A DNA stretch of 64,000 nt from Pseudomonadales bacterium (GCA_965263235.1 OZ253667.1:2116575-2180574), one strand, 5' to 3'; shown: positions 1 through 10,130, counted from the first letter of the stretch. Program-made: numbers and translations. The notes: generated from the letters alone by a model not told the origin.

Positions 1-1681
1 TACCCGTGATTGCCTTGCGTACTACTTTAGCGACCTGTCGGTCGAGCGAGCGAACACCTGCCTCCCGTGTGTAATGACGGATAATTGAGCGCACCGCTCC
101 ATCTTCAAACTCCACCTCGCCCTTTTTAACGCCGTTAGTTTTAAATTGTTTTGGCACGAGATAGTTTTTTGCGATATTAGATTTTTCGTCTTCGGTATAA
201 CCTGGAATACGAATAATCTCCATTCTATCCAACAGCGGCGCGGGGATATTCATGGAATTAGATGTACAGACAAACATCACATCCGAAAGGTCATAATCGA
301 CCTCAAGATAGTGATCATTAAATGTATGGTTTTGCTCGGGATCTAACACTTCCAACAAGGCAGATGCGGGATCACCGCGATGATCCATTCCCATCTTGTC
401 GATTTCATCCAGCAAAAATAGTGGATTCTTTACGCCGACCTTAGAAAGCTTTTGCAAAATCTTCCCTGGCATGGAGCCAATGTAGGTGCGCCTATGGCCA
501 CGAATTTCAGCTTCATCCCTCACGCCGCCTAACGCCATTCTAACGAATTTCCTGTTGGTTGCCTTTGCAATAGATTCACCCAGAGATGTTTTACCTACAC
601 CTGGAGGCCCAACCAAACACAGCACGGGTCCTTTTAGCTTCTTAACACGACGCTGAACCGCGAGATACTCAACTATTCGCTCTTTAACTTCTTCAAGCCC
701 GTAATGATCAGCGTCTAGAATTTTTTGAGCTCTATCGAGGTCTAACCTGACTTTACTTTTCTTTTTCCATGGAATACCTACCATCCAGTCGACATAGCTG
801 CGAACGACTGACGCTTCGGCCGACATCGGTGACATCATTTTGAGTTTATTAAGCTCCGAAGTGGCTTTCTTTTTTGCCTCTTCGGGCATGCCACATTCTT
901 GAACTTTTGTTTCAAGCTCTTCGAATTCATTGGTGCCTTCATCCAGCTCACCCAGCTCTTTCTGGATAGCTTTCATTTGTTCATTGAGATAATACTCGCG
1001 CTGGGATTTTTCCATCTGCTTTTTCACCCGGCCGCGAATTTTTTTATCGACTTTAAACACATCCATTTCGGCGTCGATACATTCCATCAACTTGGCCGCG
1101 CGATTGTCTGCACTTTCTATCTCAAGCAACTGCTGTTTTTGCTCGATTTCCAGATTCACATGTGTCGCGATCGCGTCGACGAGCCGCGAAAATGATTCGA
1201 TACCCGACACCGAACTAAGTGCTTCGGATGGAACCTTTTTACTGCCCTTCACGTAGAGTTCGAACTTATCGAGTAACTGCTCAGATAAATTCTGCGCGGT
1301 TTCCTCGTCGCTTTCTTTATCCGAGATAGCAACACACTGCGCACTTAAAAAGCCTTCTTCAACAACATCCATCGACTCGATCACTACTCGCTGCTCGCCC
1401 TCTACCAGGACTTTCACAGTGCCATCTGGCAAGCGGAGCAATTGCAAAAGATTTGCCTGCGTGCCCACAGCGTACAATTCATCAGCCGAAGGATCGTCAA
1501 TGTCTGGGCTTTTTTGCGCAAGCAAAACGACCTGCTTATTCTCGGCCATCGCGGACTCAAGCGCATTGATAGACTTTTCCCGGCCGACAAACAATGGAAC
1601 AACCATCTGCGGGAAAACCACAACATCTCGTAAAGGCAGTACAGGTAAAACACTCGTCACGTCAGTGGACCTCTTTTTCAC
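1..1681 (-). CDS. lon: Lon protease, N-terminal ~560 aa (rest of gene lies beyond window start)
   Basis: Absent from the ORF track because it runs off the window. My reverse-strand translation from GTG (complement of 1679-1681) reads VKKRSTDVTSVLPVLPLRDVVVFPQMVVPLFVGREKSINALE. The complement of ~585-622 encodes LCLVGPPGVGKTS (Walker A). It follows clpX as in the canonical tig-clpP-clpX-lon block. Confidence 0.9.
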   Translation of the reverse strand, partial: MKKRSTDVTSVLPVLPLRDVVVFPQMVVPLFVGREKSINALESAMAENKQVVLLAQKSPDIDDPSADELYAVGTQANLLQLLRLPDGTVKVLVEGEQRVVIESMDVVEEGFLSAQCVAISDKESDEETAQNLSEQLLDKFELYVKGSKKVPSEALSSVSGIESFSRLVDAIATHVNLEIEQKQQLLEIESADNRAAKLMECIDAEMDVFKVDKKIRGRVKKQMEKSQREYYLNEQMKAIQKELGELDEGTNEFEELETKVQECGMPEEAKKKATSELNKLKMMSPMSAEASVVRSYVDWMVGIPWKKKSKVRLDLDRAQKILDADHYGLEEVKERIVEYLAVQRRVKKLKGPVLCLVGPPGVGKTSLGESIAKATNRKFVRMALGGVRDEAEIRGHRRTYIGSMPGKILQKLSKVGVKNPLFLLDEIDKMGMDHRGDPASALLEVLDPEQNHTFNDHYLEVDYDLSDVMFVCTSNSMNIPAPLLDRMEIIRIPGYTEDEKSNIAKNYLVPKQFKTNGVKKGEVEFEDGAVRSIIRHYTREAGVRSLDRQVAKVVRKAITG

Positions 1682-1771
1682 CAAATCTAGCAGTTTGAAT
1701 CGCTATACTCATTGACCACAATGGCTTTTAAGGATTTCATCGTTAACGCCAAACGATCACTATGGCATAGG

Positions 1772-1800
1772 ATATGGGGGGTTGCGCTCAAAATACAAGG
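1772..1800 (-). promoter_or_regulatory. Putative sigma-32 (heat-shock) promoter of lon
   Basis: The reverse complement reads CCTTGTA-tttTgagcgcaacc-CCCCATAT. This is close to the sigma-32 consensus CTTGAAA-N13-15-CCCCATnT and lies ~85 nt upstream of the lon start. Confidence 0.5.
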
Positions 1801-1865
1801 TTTAAAAAAACCGCGCATAGGGGAAGCATGTTGCTACACCACACACCCTCTGAGATAACGCCTTC

Positions 1866-1899
1866 TAAAAGCAAAATCGCCGCCATTAAGGCAGCGATT
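1866..1899 (-). terminator. Rho-independent terminator downstream of clpX
   Basis: Inverted repeat aatcgccgcc/ggcagcgatt (1 mismatch), followed on the minus strand by a T-rich run (ttttgctttt). Confidence 0.5.
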
Positions 1900-2020
1900 C
1901 TGTTAATTCACTAGCAAACGATTGATATTTCCGGCCTGCCTGTCGTTATCATGAGAAAAAGCCGCGATAAAAACAGTTAGGAAAAAAAAGCGCTGCATGG
2001 CGACACACTTAATAAAATTA

Positions 2021-3304
2021 CTAGTGTGAATCACCTGCTGATTTCACCGGCTCATTTTTCTCGTACACGACCAAAGGCTCAGAATCACCTGTAATAACAG
2101 AGCCATCAATCACAACTTTAGCGACGTTCTCTGTAGAAGGAATGTCGTACATCGTATCGAGAAGCACCGACTCCAGGATTGAGCGTAATCCTCGAGCACC
2201 TGTTTTGCGCTGCATTGCTTTGTCAGCAATTGCCTTCAAGGCGTCCTGGCGAAAATCAACTTCGACGTCTTCCATATCAAACAACGCACCGTACTGCTTT
2301 GTGAGCGCATTTTTCGGCTCGGTAAGAATGCGAACCAAGGCTTCCTGATCGAGTTCTTCCAACGTCGCGATAACCGGTAGACGACCTACAAATTCGGGGA
2401 TAAGTCCATACCGCACAAGATCTTCCGGCTCCAGATCGTAAAGCACCTCGCCAAAATTTTTGGTTTCGTCCTTACTTTTTACTTCAGCATTAAAGCCTAT
2501 TCCGCTTTTTTCTGAACGGTCACGAATAACCTTGTCCAAACCGGCAAATGCGCCGCCACAAATAAACAAAATATTAGAGGTGTCGACCTGCAAAAATTCC
2601 TGCTGGGGATGCTTTCGGCCACCTTGAGGCGGGACTGAGGCAACAGTACCTTCGATTAGTTTAAGCAATGCTTGCTGAACGCCTTCGCCTGATACATCGC
2701 GTGTAATCGACGGGTTATCTGATTTACGAGATATCTTGTCGATTTCGTCGATATAAACGATACCCACCTGCGCTTTTTCGACATCATAGTCGCATTTTTG
2801 CAACAGCTTCTGGATAATATTTTCAACGTCCTCACCAACGTAACCAGCTTCGGTCAACGTAGTCGCGTCTGCGATGGTAAACGGTACATCGAGTAGTCGT
2901 GCCAGTGTTTCGGCCAGCAGCGTTTTACCACTACCTGTGGGCCCTACCAGCAGAATATTACTCTTGCCGAGCTCTACATCATTACGCCCAGGAGACGCAT
3001 GTCGCAAGCGTTTGTAATGGTTATAAACTGCGACAGACAAAACTTTTTTGGCCCGTTTTTGGCCAATAACATATTCATCAAGCGTAGCGTTGATTTCCGC
3101 AGGTGTTGGAAGCTTATCACTACCAGTGCTACCCGCAGATTCCTGAACCTCTTCGCGAATAATATCGTTGCAGAGGTCAACACACTCATCACAGATAAAA
3201 ACCGATGGGCCTGCGATCAGCTTTTTAACTTCATGTTGACTCTTGCCGCAAAACGAACAGTAGAGTAACTTACCGTTCTCTCCCTCGTTGCCACCTTCAC
3301 TCAT
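2021..3304 (-). CDS. clpX: ATP-dependent Clp protease ATP-binding subunit ClpX
   Basis: 427-aa ORF with an N-terminal zinc-binding CSFCGK...CDEC and Walker A GPTGSGKT. Full-length ClpX-like sequence adjacent to clpP. Confidence 0.97.
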   Translation of the reverse strand: MSEGGNEGENGKLLYCSFCGKSQHEVKKLIAGPSVFICDECVDLCNDIIREEVQESAGSTGSDKLPTPAEINATLDEYVIGQKRAKKVLSVAVYNHYKRLRHASPGRNDVELGKSNILLVGPTGSGKTLLAETLARLLDVPFTIADATTLTEAGYVGEDVENIIQKLLQKCDYDVEKAQVGIVYIDEIDKISRKSDNPSITRDVSGEGVQQALLKLIEGTVASVPPQGGRKHPQQEFLQVDTSNILFICGGAFAGLDKVIRDRSEKSGIGFNAEVKSKDETKNFGEVLYDLEPEDLVRYGLIPEFVGRLPVIATLEELDQEALVRILTEPKNALTKQYGALFDMEDVEVDFRQDALKAIADKAMQRKTGARGLRSILESVLLDTMYDIPSTENVAKVVIDGSVITGDSEPLVVYEKNEPVKSAGDSH

Positions 3305-3678
3305 TGTGAATATACCTCACACTCACCAATCAAACTAAATCATCAAACACTTAGTGCTTTGTTCCCGGCAATTCGTTCACTGCCTGAGAACATAAAAACT
3401 AATTTAATACACTAAAATCTGGGCACACTAGCCTGCAAATACTCAGCCCTTCGACGGGCCAACCATCTATCAGCCTATATCAAACGCCCAGAATTGCTCG
3501 GATTTTAATCACTAAAGGCGTCATTGCACAGCTTCCAAACCGCTAGAAATGTGAACCGCATACCGGCCGACAACCTTAATAAAACCACCAAGCGAGCCTA
3601 GACTACCAAATTACACCCAGCGGAGCATCTGCTAACGCAAAAATAATCACCGCTTTGAGAACAAAATTGCTCTAAAAA

Positions 3679-4311
3679 TTAGCTTACACCTGGTCGCGCT
3701 TCCAGCACTTCATCGACCAAGCCATAGGCTTTGGAGTCTGTAGCGTTCATAAAATTATCACGCTCGGTGTCCGCCTGAATGGTCTCCAGCGATTGCCCTG
3801 TGTGCTCCGCCATCAAGCGGTTCAGACGCTCGCGAATAATAAGTATCTCTTTCGCCTGAATATCAATATCAGTCGCCTGTCCTTGAGCACCGCCACTAGG
3901 CTGGTGAATCATAACCCGCGAATTAGGTAAGCAATAACGCTTCCCTTTCGCGCCACCACTTAATAGGAACGCTCCCATGCTACATGCCTGCCCCAGACAA
4001 ATTGTGCTGACATCAGGCTTAATAAACTGCATGGTGTCGTAAATCGCGAGCCCAGCAGTCACAGCACCGCCCGGCGAATTAATATAGAGGCTGATATCTT
4101 TATCAGGATTCTCTGATTCCAGGAACAACATCTGGGCAACGATCAAGTTAGCCATGTTGTCTTCTACTGGCCCAACGGCAAAAATAACCCGCTCCTTAAG
4201 CAGGCGAGAGTAGATATCAAACGAACGCTCGCCACGCGAGGTTTGCTCGACCACCATCGGGACTAAACCTAAATTTTTAACAGTTTGATCGATTGGATTA
4301 AAAGTGTTCAA
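3679..4311 (-). CDS. clpP: ATP-dependent Clp protease proteolytic subunit ClpP
   Basis: 210-aa ORF. Active-site context [11 protein letters not shown] and MIHQPSGG is typical of ClpP. Confidence 0.97.
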   Translation of the reverse strand: MNTFNPIDQTVKNLGLVPMVVEQTSRGERSFDIYSRLLKERVIFAVGPVEDNMANLIVAQMLFLESENPDKDISLYINSPGGAVTAGLAIYDTMQFIKPDVSTICLGQACSMGAFLLSGGAKGKRYCLPNSRVMIHQPSGGAQGQATDIDIQAKEILIIRERLNRLMAEHTGQSLETIQADTERDNFMNATDSKAYGLVDEVLEARPGVS

Positions 4312-4574
4312 AAGTGTCTCCTAAAGGTCCAACTAGCTCTGGTTATCTTCCGGCTGATTATCGTTACCGGAAAACACCAGTGATACCGCTGCCACTGGTT
4401 GTTTATTGGCCAAAAAAAAGGGGCAAAAAACAGTTTTCTTCTATATTCAATAGTCTAGCTTGCATCGATCGTAATTGCCGGGAAAAATTCCATTCGCAAG
4501 TTTCATAACAGGCATTCAGCAGCGCGGCAACAAGTTATTCATCACCGAACCAAAAAATTTGACTTACGGTAGAA

Positions 4575-4612
4575 AAAACAAAAAGCCCGAGGTTTTCCCT
4601 CGGGCTTTTTGT
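4575..4612 (-). terminator. Rho-independent terminator after tig (bidirectional-looking)
   Basis: Stem gcccgagg / cctcgggc with loop ttttc. It is flanked by an A-run upstream and a T-run downstream, so a T-tract follows the hairpin on either strand. Confidence 0.7.
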
Positions 4613-4630
4613 TCAAAACTTACTGCGCTG

Positions 4631-4720
4631 TGCTTGTCAAAGACTGGCTTATCAACAACCGGCTTATCAACAACTGCCTGATCAACGACCAGCTGATAAA
4701 CCACAGCCTTGCTAACTAGG
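4631..4720. repeat. Degenerate 15-bp tandem repeat, ~6 copies, abutting the tig stop codon
   Basis: Units read tgcttgtcaaagact / ggcttatcaacaacc / ggcttatcaacaact / gcctgatcaacgacc / agctgataaaccaca / gccttgctaactagg. The last unit contains the tig stop (complement of 4716-4718). Confidence 0.6.
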
Positions 4721-6023
4721 CTCCCTGGTAGTTTTGCATTGCCTCGTCGTAGCTGACAGTTTTTTCAGTGACAGAAGCCATCGATTCAATCTTCTCTACA
4801 ACCAGCCTCTCGGTCACAATCATCGATACCTGGCGCAAATGATCCTCATTACTGAGATACATGTTGCGAACCTGGTCAGGATCATCATATGAAGATGCAA
4901 TGTCATCGATAAATTCGATCAACTGCTCACGCTCTGGGCGAATTTCCTGATCTTGCACGAACTGATTCACCACTACGCCCAACTGGACGCGGCGCCTGGC
5001 TTGCTCTTCAAACATCTCGTCTGGCAATAACGACATGTCGAAATCTTCAGGGTTAGCGCCAAATCGCTGGATCGATTGCATTCGCATTGACTGAATCTCT
5101 TCCGTAATAAGCGCAGCTGGCACTTCTACGGGATTTTGCTCGAGCAAACCGTCCATCACACTCGTCTTAAGCGCAGCGCTAATCGCATCGCCCAACTGCT
5201 TGCTCATATTTTCGCGCACATTGGACTTAAAGCTCTCTATATCGCCTTCAACATCAAACTCTTTAAAGAACTCATCATTAAGCTCAGGCAGTGTCTTTTC
5301 GCTTACACTGTTAACCGCGACTTCAAACTGAACTGCTGCGCCCTTCAGATCTTCAACGTGATAGTCTTCTGGAAAAGTTAAGTCAAGCGTCTTACTCTCT
5401 CCAGCTTTAGCGCCTACAAGCCCGCTCTCAAAACCGGGGATCATTTGGCCGGAACCCAGTTCCAGGTCCTGACCGGTCGCAGAACCACCTTCAAATACCT
5501 CACCGTCTTTAGTGCCAGCAAAATCGATATTGACACGATCACCTTCCTGGCTCGCACGCTCAACTTCATTCCACTCCGCTCGCTGATCGCGCAAACGCTG
5601 GAGCATTGTATCTACGTCTTCGTCGGTAACTTCTGCCGAAAGTTTTTCAACCGTTAAGGTACTAGCGTCTGACAGGCTCACTTCGGGGAAAACTTCAAAG
5701 CGAGCAGTGAAGCACAAATCTTTGCCTTCTTCGTCGGTAACAATATCAATCGACGGAGTGCCTACCGGCTGCAAGCTTTCCTGGTTAACCGCTTCCTGAA
5801 AAGAGCGATTCGCGATCTCGCCAACCACTTCTTGCCGAATGGCAGCACCAAACCGTTGCTTAACAATCTTTTTAGGCACTTTGCCTGGACGAAAACCATC
5901 GATTCTGGCTCGCTTTGCAGTATCAACGACACGCTTTTGCACTTCACCATCTATTTGATCGGCGGGAATTTCGAGCTTGAGCAATCGCTCCAAGCCTTCC
6001 AACGCTTCTACCGAGACTTGCAT
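4716..6023 (-). CDS. tig: Trigger factor (ribosome-associated chaperone / PPIase)
   Basis: 435-aa ORF with the N-terminal ribosome-binding signature GFRPGKVP. Located upstream of clpP-clpX-lon. Confidence 0.95.
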   Translation of the reverse strand: MQVSVEALEGLERLLKLEIPADQIDGEVQKRVVDTAKRARIDGFRPGKVPKKIVKQRFGAAIRQEVVGEIANRSFQEAVNQESLQPVGTPSIDIVTDEEGKDLCFTARFEVFPEVSLSDASTLTVEKLSAEVTDEDVDTMLQRLRDQRAEWNEVERASQEGDRVNIDFAGTKDGEVFEGGSATGQDLELGSGQMIPGFESGLVGAKAGESKTLDLTFPEDYHVEDLKGAAVQFEVAVNSVSEKTLPELNDEFFKEFDVEGDIESFKSNVRENMSKQLGDAISAALKTSVMDGLLEQNPVEVPAALITEEIQSMRMQSIQRFGANPEDFDMSLLPDEMFEEQARRRVQLGVVVNQFVQDQEIRPEREQLIEFIDDIASSYDDPDQVRNMYLSNEDHLRQVSMIVTERLVVEKIESMASVTEKTVSYDEAMQNYQGA

Positions 6024-6118
6024 GATTTTCCTCTAATTGTCACCACGATACGGATCGAATTATCCTGACTGGCGCGGTTACCTACTTATTAAAACAGCCC
6101 AAGTTAACACTTGATGTT

Positions 6119-6203
<85 letters not shown>

Positions 6204-6385
6204 GTTTTTTATGACACCACCAACAACTCAAACTCGCGCGCCAAAAGAGCCGCGCCACACGAATTATGGGGGGTGCGAAAAAGGACGCGGATTCTCCCAT
6301 AATCCCAAGCAAGCATCAACAGTGCATTTGTGCAAAAACGAAAATACTCACATTTACATGCCGTTACGTGCACTGAGCGAACCCG

Positions 6386-7450
6386 CTAGTCGGTCAGGCA
6401 GGCTTCATCAAACGCATAATAGCCATTGAGCCAGGCGTAAACCTCCTGAGCCATCGCCGATTTCCGCTTTGAGTATTTTTCGAGAAAACCCGCCTGCTCA
6501 GCCGTACTCATTCCTGTTAGCCCATTAGAATGAAACCGCTCTACGTCCACTGGAATAATATTCGCAATATCCTCGCCAAAACTCTCGAGCGTCTCCCGCC
6601 ACACACGCGACTGAGCTTGCTTAAGATCATCGTGACGCTCGTCATAGATTGGGGGTAACGTCGATAATGGCAAAAGCGACAACCATGCCTCATTCATCGG
6701 GTTTACGTGGTGCGCACCAAGATAATCGCGCAACCATGGCTCTCTATTCTCAAACGGTTTAAGCAATAAGCGCGAGGCTAGCCGCTTGCTATCGTTGACC
6801 GGATAGTTGTCCCAAAGCGAAGGCGCGCGCCGCAGCGCTTCACTAATAAATTCCAAATTGAATTTGGAATAGCTTTCTGAACACACCTTCTCGCCTGTCC
6901 AAAAGACTTTGATCTTTGGATCCAGCCCGGCACCTATGTCTTCCCAGTAGTTTTTTGGTCGCTGCCCAAAAAGTGTTTCTAGAATCGAATCGGTCGTGTA
7001 GTACGTCGGGCAGACGGTGATTTCCGCTGCATCGCCCAAAATGCTCGCCACAAGATCAACTATCGCCAGCTGGGTTTTGGCTAAATATTTTTTATCGCCA
7101 CGCATGTCATCGAATAAGACACAGAAAGAGTCTGGATTTAACTCGGCTAACTGGAGTAACTTTAGCGATAACTGTGATTGCGTTTTCGCATCGAGCTCAT
7201 CCAAACCTAATGGCGAGAAACCTAATCCCCACCGAGTGCCGCACGCGCTTGCAGCTTCTCGCTGCTTCTTCAATCGAGCAAGAGCATCGTCACCATAAGG
7301 TTCGCCCCACTTTCGTCTAAGCAGCGACTCCGACTTGGGCGCGTACACATAACTGCTATATCCGAGGCTAGACAGGATGGGTAACAGCGCGAGCCTTGCC
7401 TCATCCGGCCATGGTCGGCCATAAAACCCTTCGACTACCGATAGCTGCAT
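6386..7450 (-). CDS. GH84-like beta-N-acetylglucosaminidase (O-GlcNAcase homologue), no signal peptide
   Basis: 354-aa ORF with N-terminal VVEGFYGRPW, the Asp-Asp pair in CVLFDDMRGD, and WDNYPVND. From memory, these match the catalytic-domain signatures of the GH84 (NagJ/OGA) family. Confidence 0.7.
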   Translation of the reverse strand: MQLSVVEGFYGRPWPDEARLALLPILSSLGYSSYVYAPKSESLLRRKWGEPYGDDALARLKKQREAASACGTRWGLGFSPLGLDELDAKTQSQLSLKLLQLAELNPDSFCVLFDDMRGDKKYLAKTQLAIVDLVASILGDAAEITVCPTYYTTDSILETLFGQRPKNYWEDIGAGLDPKIKVFWTGEKVCSESYSKFNLEFISEALRRAPSLWDNYPVNDSKRLASRLLLKPFENREPWLRDYLGAHHVNPMNEAWLSLLPLSTLPPIYDERHDDLKQAQSRVWRETLESFGEDIANIIPVDVERFHSNGLTGMSTAEQAGFLEKYSKRKSAMAQEVYAWLNGYYAFDEACLTD

Positions 7451-7588
7451 AGAAACCTTTATATCGCTAAGTCGCGCCCTGTTATTGCGCGACAGGTTAA
7501 TGTCATTCGCTAAGCAAAGCGCAAACTGTTAACTGAATCACAAAAGCCCGGACCAATATGATTATTTTAAAAACAAAGCGCCTATTAA

Positions 7589-7618
7589 TTAGACAGATAC
7601 TGATTCGACTGCTTAAAT
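7589..7618 (+). promoter_or_regulatory. Putative promoter of candidate sRNA
   Basis: TTAGAC (7589-7594) - 18 nt - TTAAAT (7613-7618), with C immediately upstream of the -10. There is no plus-strand gene downstream, only the hairpins and terminator listed next. Confidence 0.3.
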
Positions 7619-7624
7619 AATAAA

Positions 7625-7724
7625 CATGGGCAGCGGGCATACCCCTCTCGCTGCACTGAGACTAAACTCACTTTAGTTTCACTCCTATGGTCCATTATGC
7701 CCCGACACGTTCGGGGTTTTTTTT
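7625..7724 (+). ncRNA. Candidate ~100-nt small RNA between the GH84 gene and pilZ
   Basis: An orphan plus-strand rho-independent terminator (ccccga-cacgt-tcgggg + T8, 7700-7724) sits in a gap whose flanking genes are both on the minus strand. It is preceded by two hairpins: gcagcg/cgctgc at 7630-7654, and the 9-bp stem gagactaaa/tttagtttc at 7658-7680. A promoter-like element lies upstream. Confidence 0.4.
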
Positions 7725-7831
7725 GCACAAAATATCCGGGCGCAAAAAAGCTTTACGAGCCTTGAAAAGAATACACAGCTTTGAACCACGCAGAAAGGCG
7801 CAGTCCTGATTAAGATCAATCGTGGATATTT

Positions 7832-8206
7832 TTAAAGCGTATGGGTAGGTCGGTCTGATTCCATCAAACCAGCCAGGCAGGTTTCGATTTTCTTGTTTGC
7901 GGTATCGTCGTGAGGACTAAATTGAACACCGATACCAGCCGCGCGATTTGACTGCGCTTTTTTCGGCGTTACCCAGACCACTTTGCCTGCCACGGGAATC
8001 TTCTCAGGTTCTTCCATGAGGTTTAACAGCATAAAAACTTCATCACCTACTTCGTACTGCTTGTTAGTAGGAATGAACAGGCCTCCGTTATCAATAAACG
8101 GCATATATGCCGCGTAAAGAACGGCTTTATCTTTTATCGACAGTGAAAGAATGCCGCTTTTTGCATTCCCACTTCCGACTGGAGAAACTGTATCCGGGCT
8201 TGCCAT
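7832..8206 (-). CDS. pilZ: Type IV pilus assembly protein PilZ
   Basis: 124-aa ORF. SGILSLSIKDKAVLYAAYMPFIDNGGLFIPT resembles the Pseudomonas PilZ N-terminus. It lies immediately downstream of holB-tmk, as in Pseudomonas. Confidence 0.85.
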   Translation of the reverse strand: MASPDTVSPVGSGNAKSGILSLSIKDKAVLYAAYMPFIDNGGLFIPTNKQYEVGDEVFMLLNLMEEPEKIPVAGKVVWVTPKKAQSNRAAGIGVQFSPHDDTANKKIETCLAGLMESDRPTHTL

Positions 8207-8391
8207 CTGAGCTGATCCGAGTTGCTGGCTTAGTTTAGATGTATTGTGTGAACTATAAAAAGAATAGCCGATTTTAGCGCTTTAGCCTGATCAACGTCCA
8301 AACAGCAGCGGCTCGTGTGCGACAATTTACAACCAAAAACGTGATCTATATCACATATGCCTTTGATGTATCGTTCGCTTTCGAAGAAGAC

Positions 8392-9471
8392 CTACCGCGC
8401 AGTTGCAAACACGCGCTTACAGTCCGACAGGTAGTCACTCACTATCAGCTTGCCAAGAGGGTTAATCTTAATTTCTTTCGCCAGGCGCTGACTTCGCCAA
8501 TAGAGTGTCTGGACCTGCTCAAACGACAACGTCGGCAGCTGTTGATTAAGGCGATCCGCATCCGCAAAAAGACTCATGCAGGCATCCGCATAGTGCACAA
8601 GGTTGTCTTTGTCGACACTATCTAACACCGTTTTTGCCGTCGCTTTTTGCTGCAAAAAAGCTAACATCTGCGGCGCGAAATCTTGTAGTTGCTCCTCACC
8701 ATCCTGCGCCAACTCATCAACAACGCGCTGCACGAAGCCATGATGTTTTTGCCACAAGCTGTCAAGCTTTTGATCGTCTACCGAAAACTGTCCCGTTAAA
8801 TACTCGCTTGCAGCCTGATAATCAGGAATGGCAAATGGCTGCAAAAAACAACGCGAGCGAATTGTCGGCAACAACCGATCAAAATAGTCACTTACCAAAA
8901 TAAAATAACTTTGTGGCGGTGGCTCCTCTAACATTTTTAATAAGGCACTGGATGCGCTTTCGTTCATGCTATCGGCTGGATCAAGAATCGCTACTTTAAC
9001 CTGTGCTACTTGAGGGGTTTTTTGCATTACATCGATCAACTCCCGAACCTGATCAATGCCTATCTCCTTTTTATTGTCCAATAGACCGACCAAATGTATA
9101 TCAGGGTGTGTTGCTGCTTTAAGAAGCTGGCAAGAAGCACAATTGCCGCAGGCGTGATTTTGTGTACGCTGCGCCGTATCTAGACCTTCTTCGAAAAGAA
9201 GCCCGTCTTGCGTAGCATTGGTACCAGAGTTAGCGGAATGCCCCGCGACGCAATCGCAGAGTAAAAATGCAGACAACTGCTTTGCAAATGCTCTTTTCCC
9301 AAGCCCTGCAGCGCCACGCAACAATAAACCGGAATGCAACGAACCCTGTAGATAACGACCGCCCAGCCTTTCTCCAGCATCACGATGCCACGGCGCCCAG
9401 TCGACACCAAAATCGCTATCACTGTACTGCCATTGCGAGGTATGCATAAAACAATAAGCTCTGGAGCGCAA
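8392..9471 (-). CDS. holB: DNA polymerase III delta-prime subunit
   Basis: 359-aa ORF with GLLLRGAAGLGKRAFA, a Cys-rich module ending CGNCASCQLL, then THPD. It abuts the tmk stop. The true start may be the internal Met at 9447. Confidence 0.85.
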   Translation of the reverse strand: MRSRAYCFMHTSQWQYSDSDFGVDWAPWHRDAGERLGGRYLQGSLHSGLLLRGAAGLGKRAFAKQLSAFLLCDCVAGHSANSGTNATQDGLLFEEGLDTAQRTQNHACGNCASCQLLKAATHPDIHLVGLLDNKKEIGIDQVRELIDVMQKTPQVAQVKVAILDPADSMNESASSALLKMLEEPPPQSYFILVSDYFDRLLPTIRSRCFLQPFAIPDYQAASEYLTGQFSVDDQKLDSLWQKHHGFVQRVVDELAQDGEEQLQDFAPQMLAFLQQKATAKTVLDSVDKDNLVHYADACMSLFADADRLNQQLPTLSFEQVQTLYWRSQRLAKEIKINPLGKLIVSDYLSDCKRVFATAR

Positions 9472-10104
9472 TCAAGAAGCGCTAACGAGTGAATCGATAT
9501 GCTTGCGCAAATCGCTCTGAACATCGAGTAGTGGCTGTGAAGCGTCTACAACGGCATATCCTTGTGGATTTTGTTTCACCCGTTGCAGGTAACCTTTACG
9601 GACATCCTCAAAAAAATTCATTGATTCAACTTCAAACCGATCTTTTTCACCGCGTTGGGCTACGCGCTCAAACCCAAGCGAAACATCAAGATCTAACAGA
9701 ATTACTTTGTCTGGGCGCAAGTCACCCTGCACGAGCTGCTCTAGCTGTTCAATATATTCAACCCCAAGCTGTCGACCAACGCCTTGATAAGCGTAGGTAG
9801 CGTCGGTGAAGCGATCACACACCACCCATTTACCTTCCTTAAGAGCGGGTTTAATCACTTCCTGGATATGCTGCGCTCGTGCAGCAAAGATTAATAGCAG
9901 CTCTGCCATAGCATGCAAAGGCTCAGCATGATGATCTAACAACAGCGCGCGAATTTTCTCGGCAATTTCTGTTCCACCAGGCTCTCGTGTCAACACAAAG
10001 TCGATTTCTTTTTGCGCAAGCAAATCACAAACGTAAGCGATATTAGTGGACTTACCAGAGCCCTCCCCACCTTCTAAAGTAATAAACTTTGCTACTGCGG
10101 CCAT
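9472..10104 (-). CDS. tmk: Thymidylate kinase
   Basis: 210-aa ORF with P-loop ITLEGGEGSGKST and TREPGGT. Confidence 0.95.
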   Translation of the reverse strand: MAAVAKFITLEGGEGSGKSTNIAYVCDLLAQKEIDFVLTREPGGTEIAEKIRALLLDHHAEPLHAMAELLLIFAARAQHIQEVIKPALKEGKWVVCDRFTDATYAYQGVGRQLGVEYIEQLEQLVQGDLRPDKVILLDLDVSLGFERVAQRGEKDRFEVESMNFFEDVRKGYLQRVKQNPQGYAVVDASQPLLDVQSDLRKHIDSLVSAS

Positions 10105-10130
10105 TCTATGACTAACAACTCTTAATTAAT

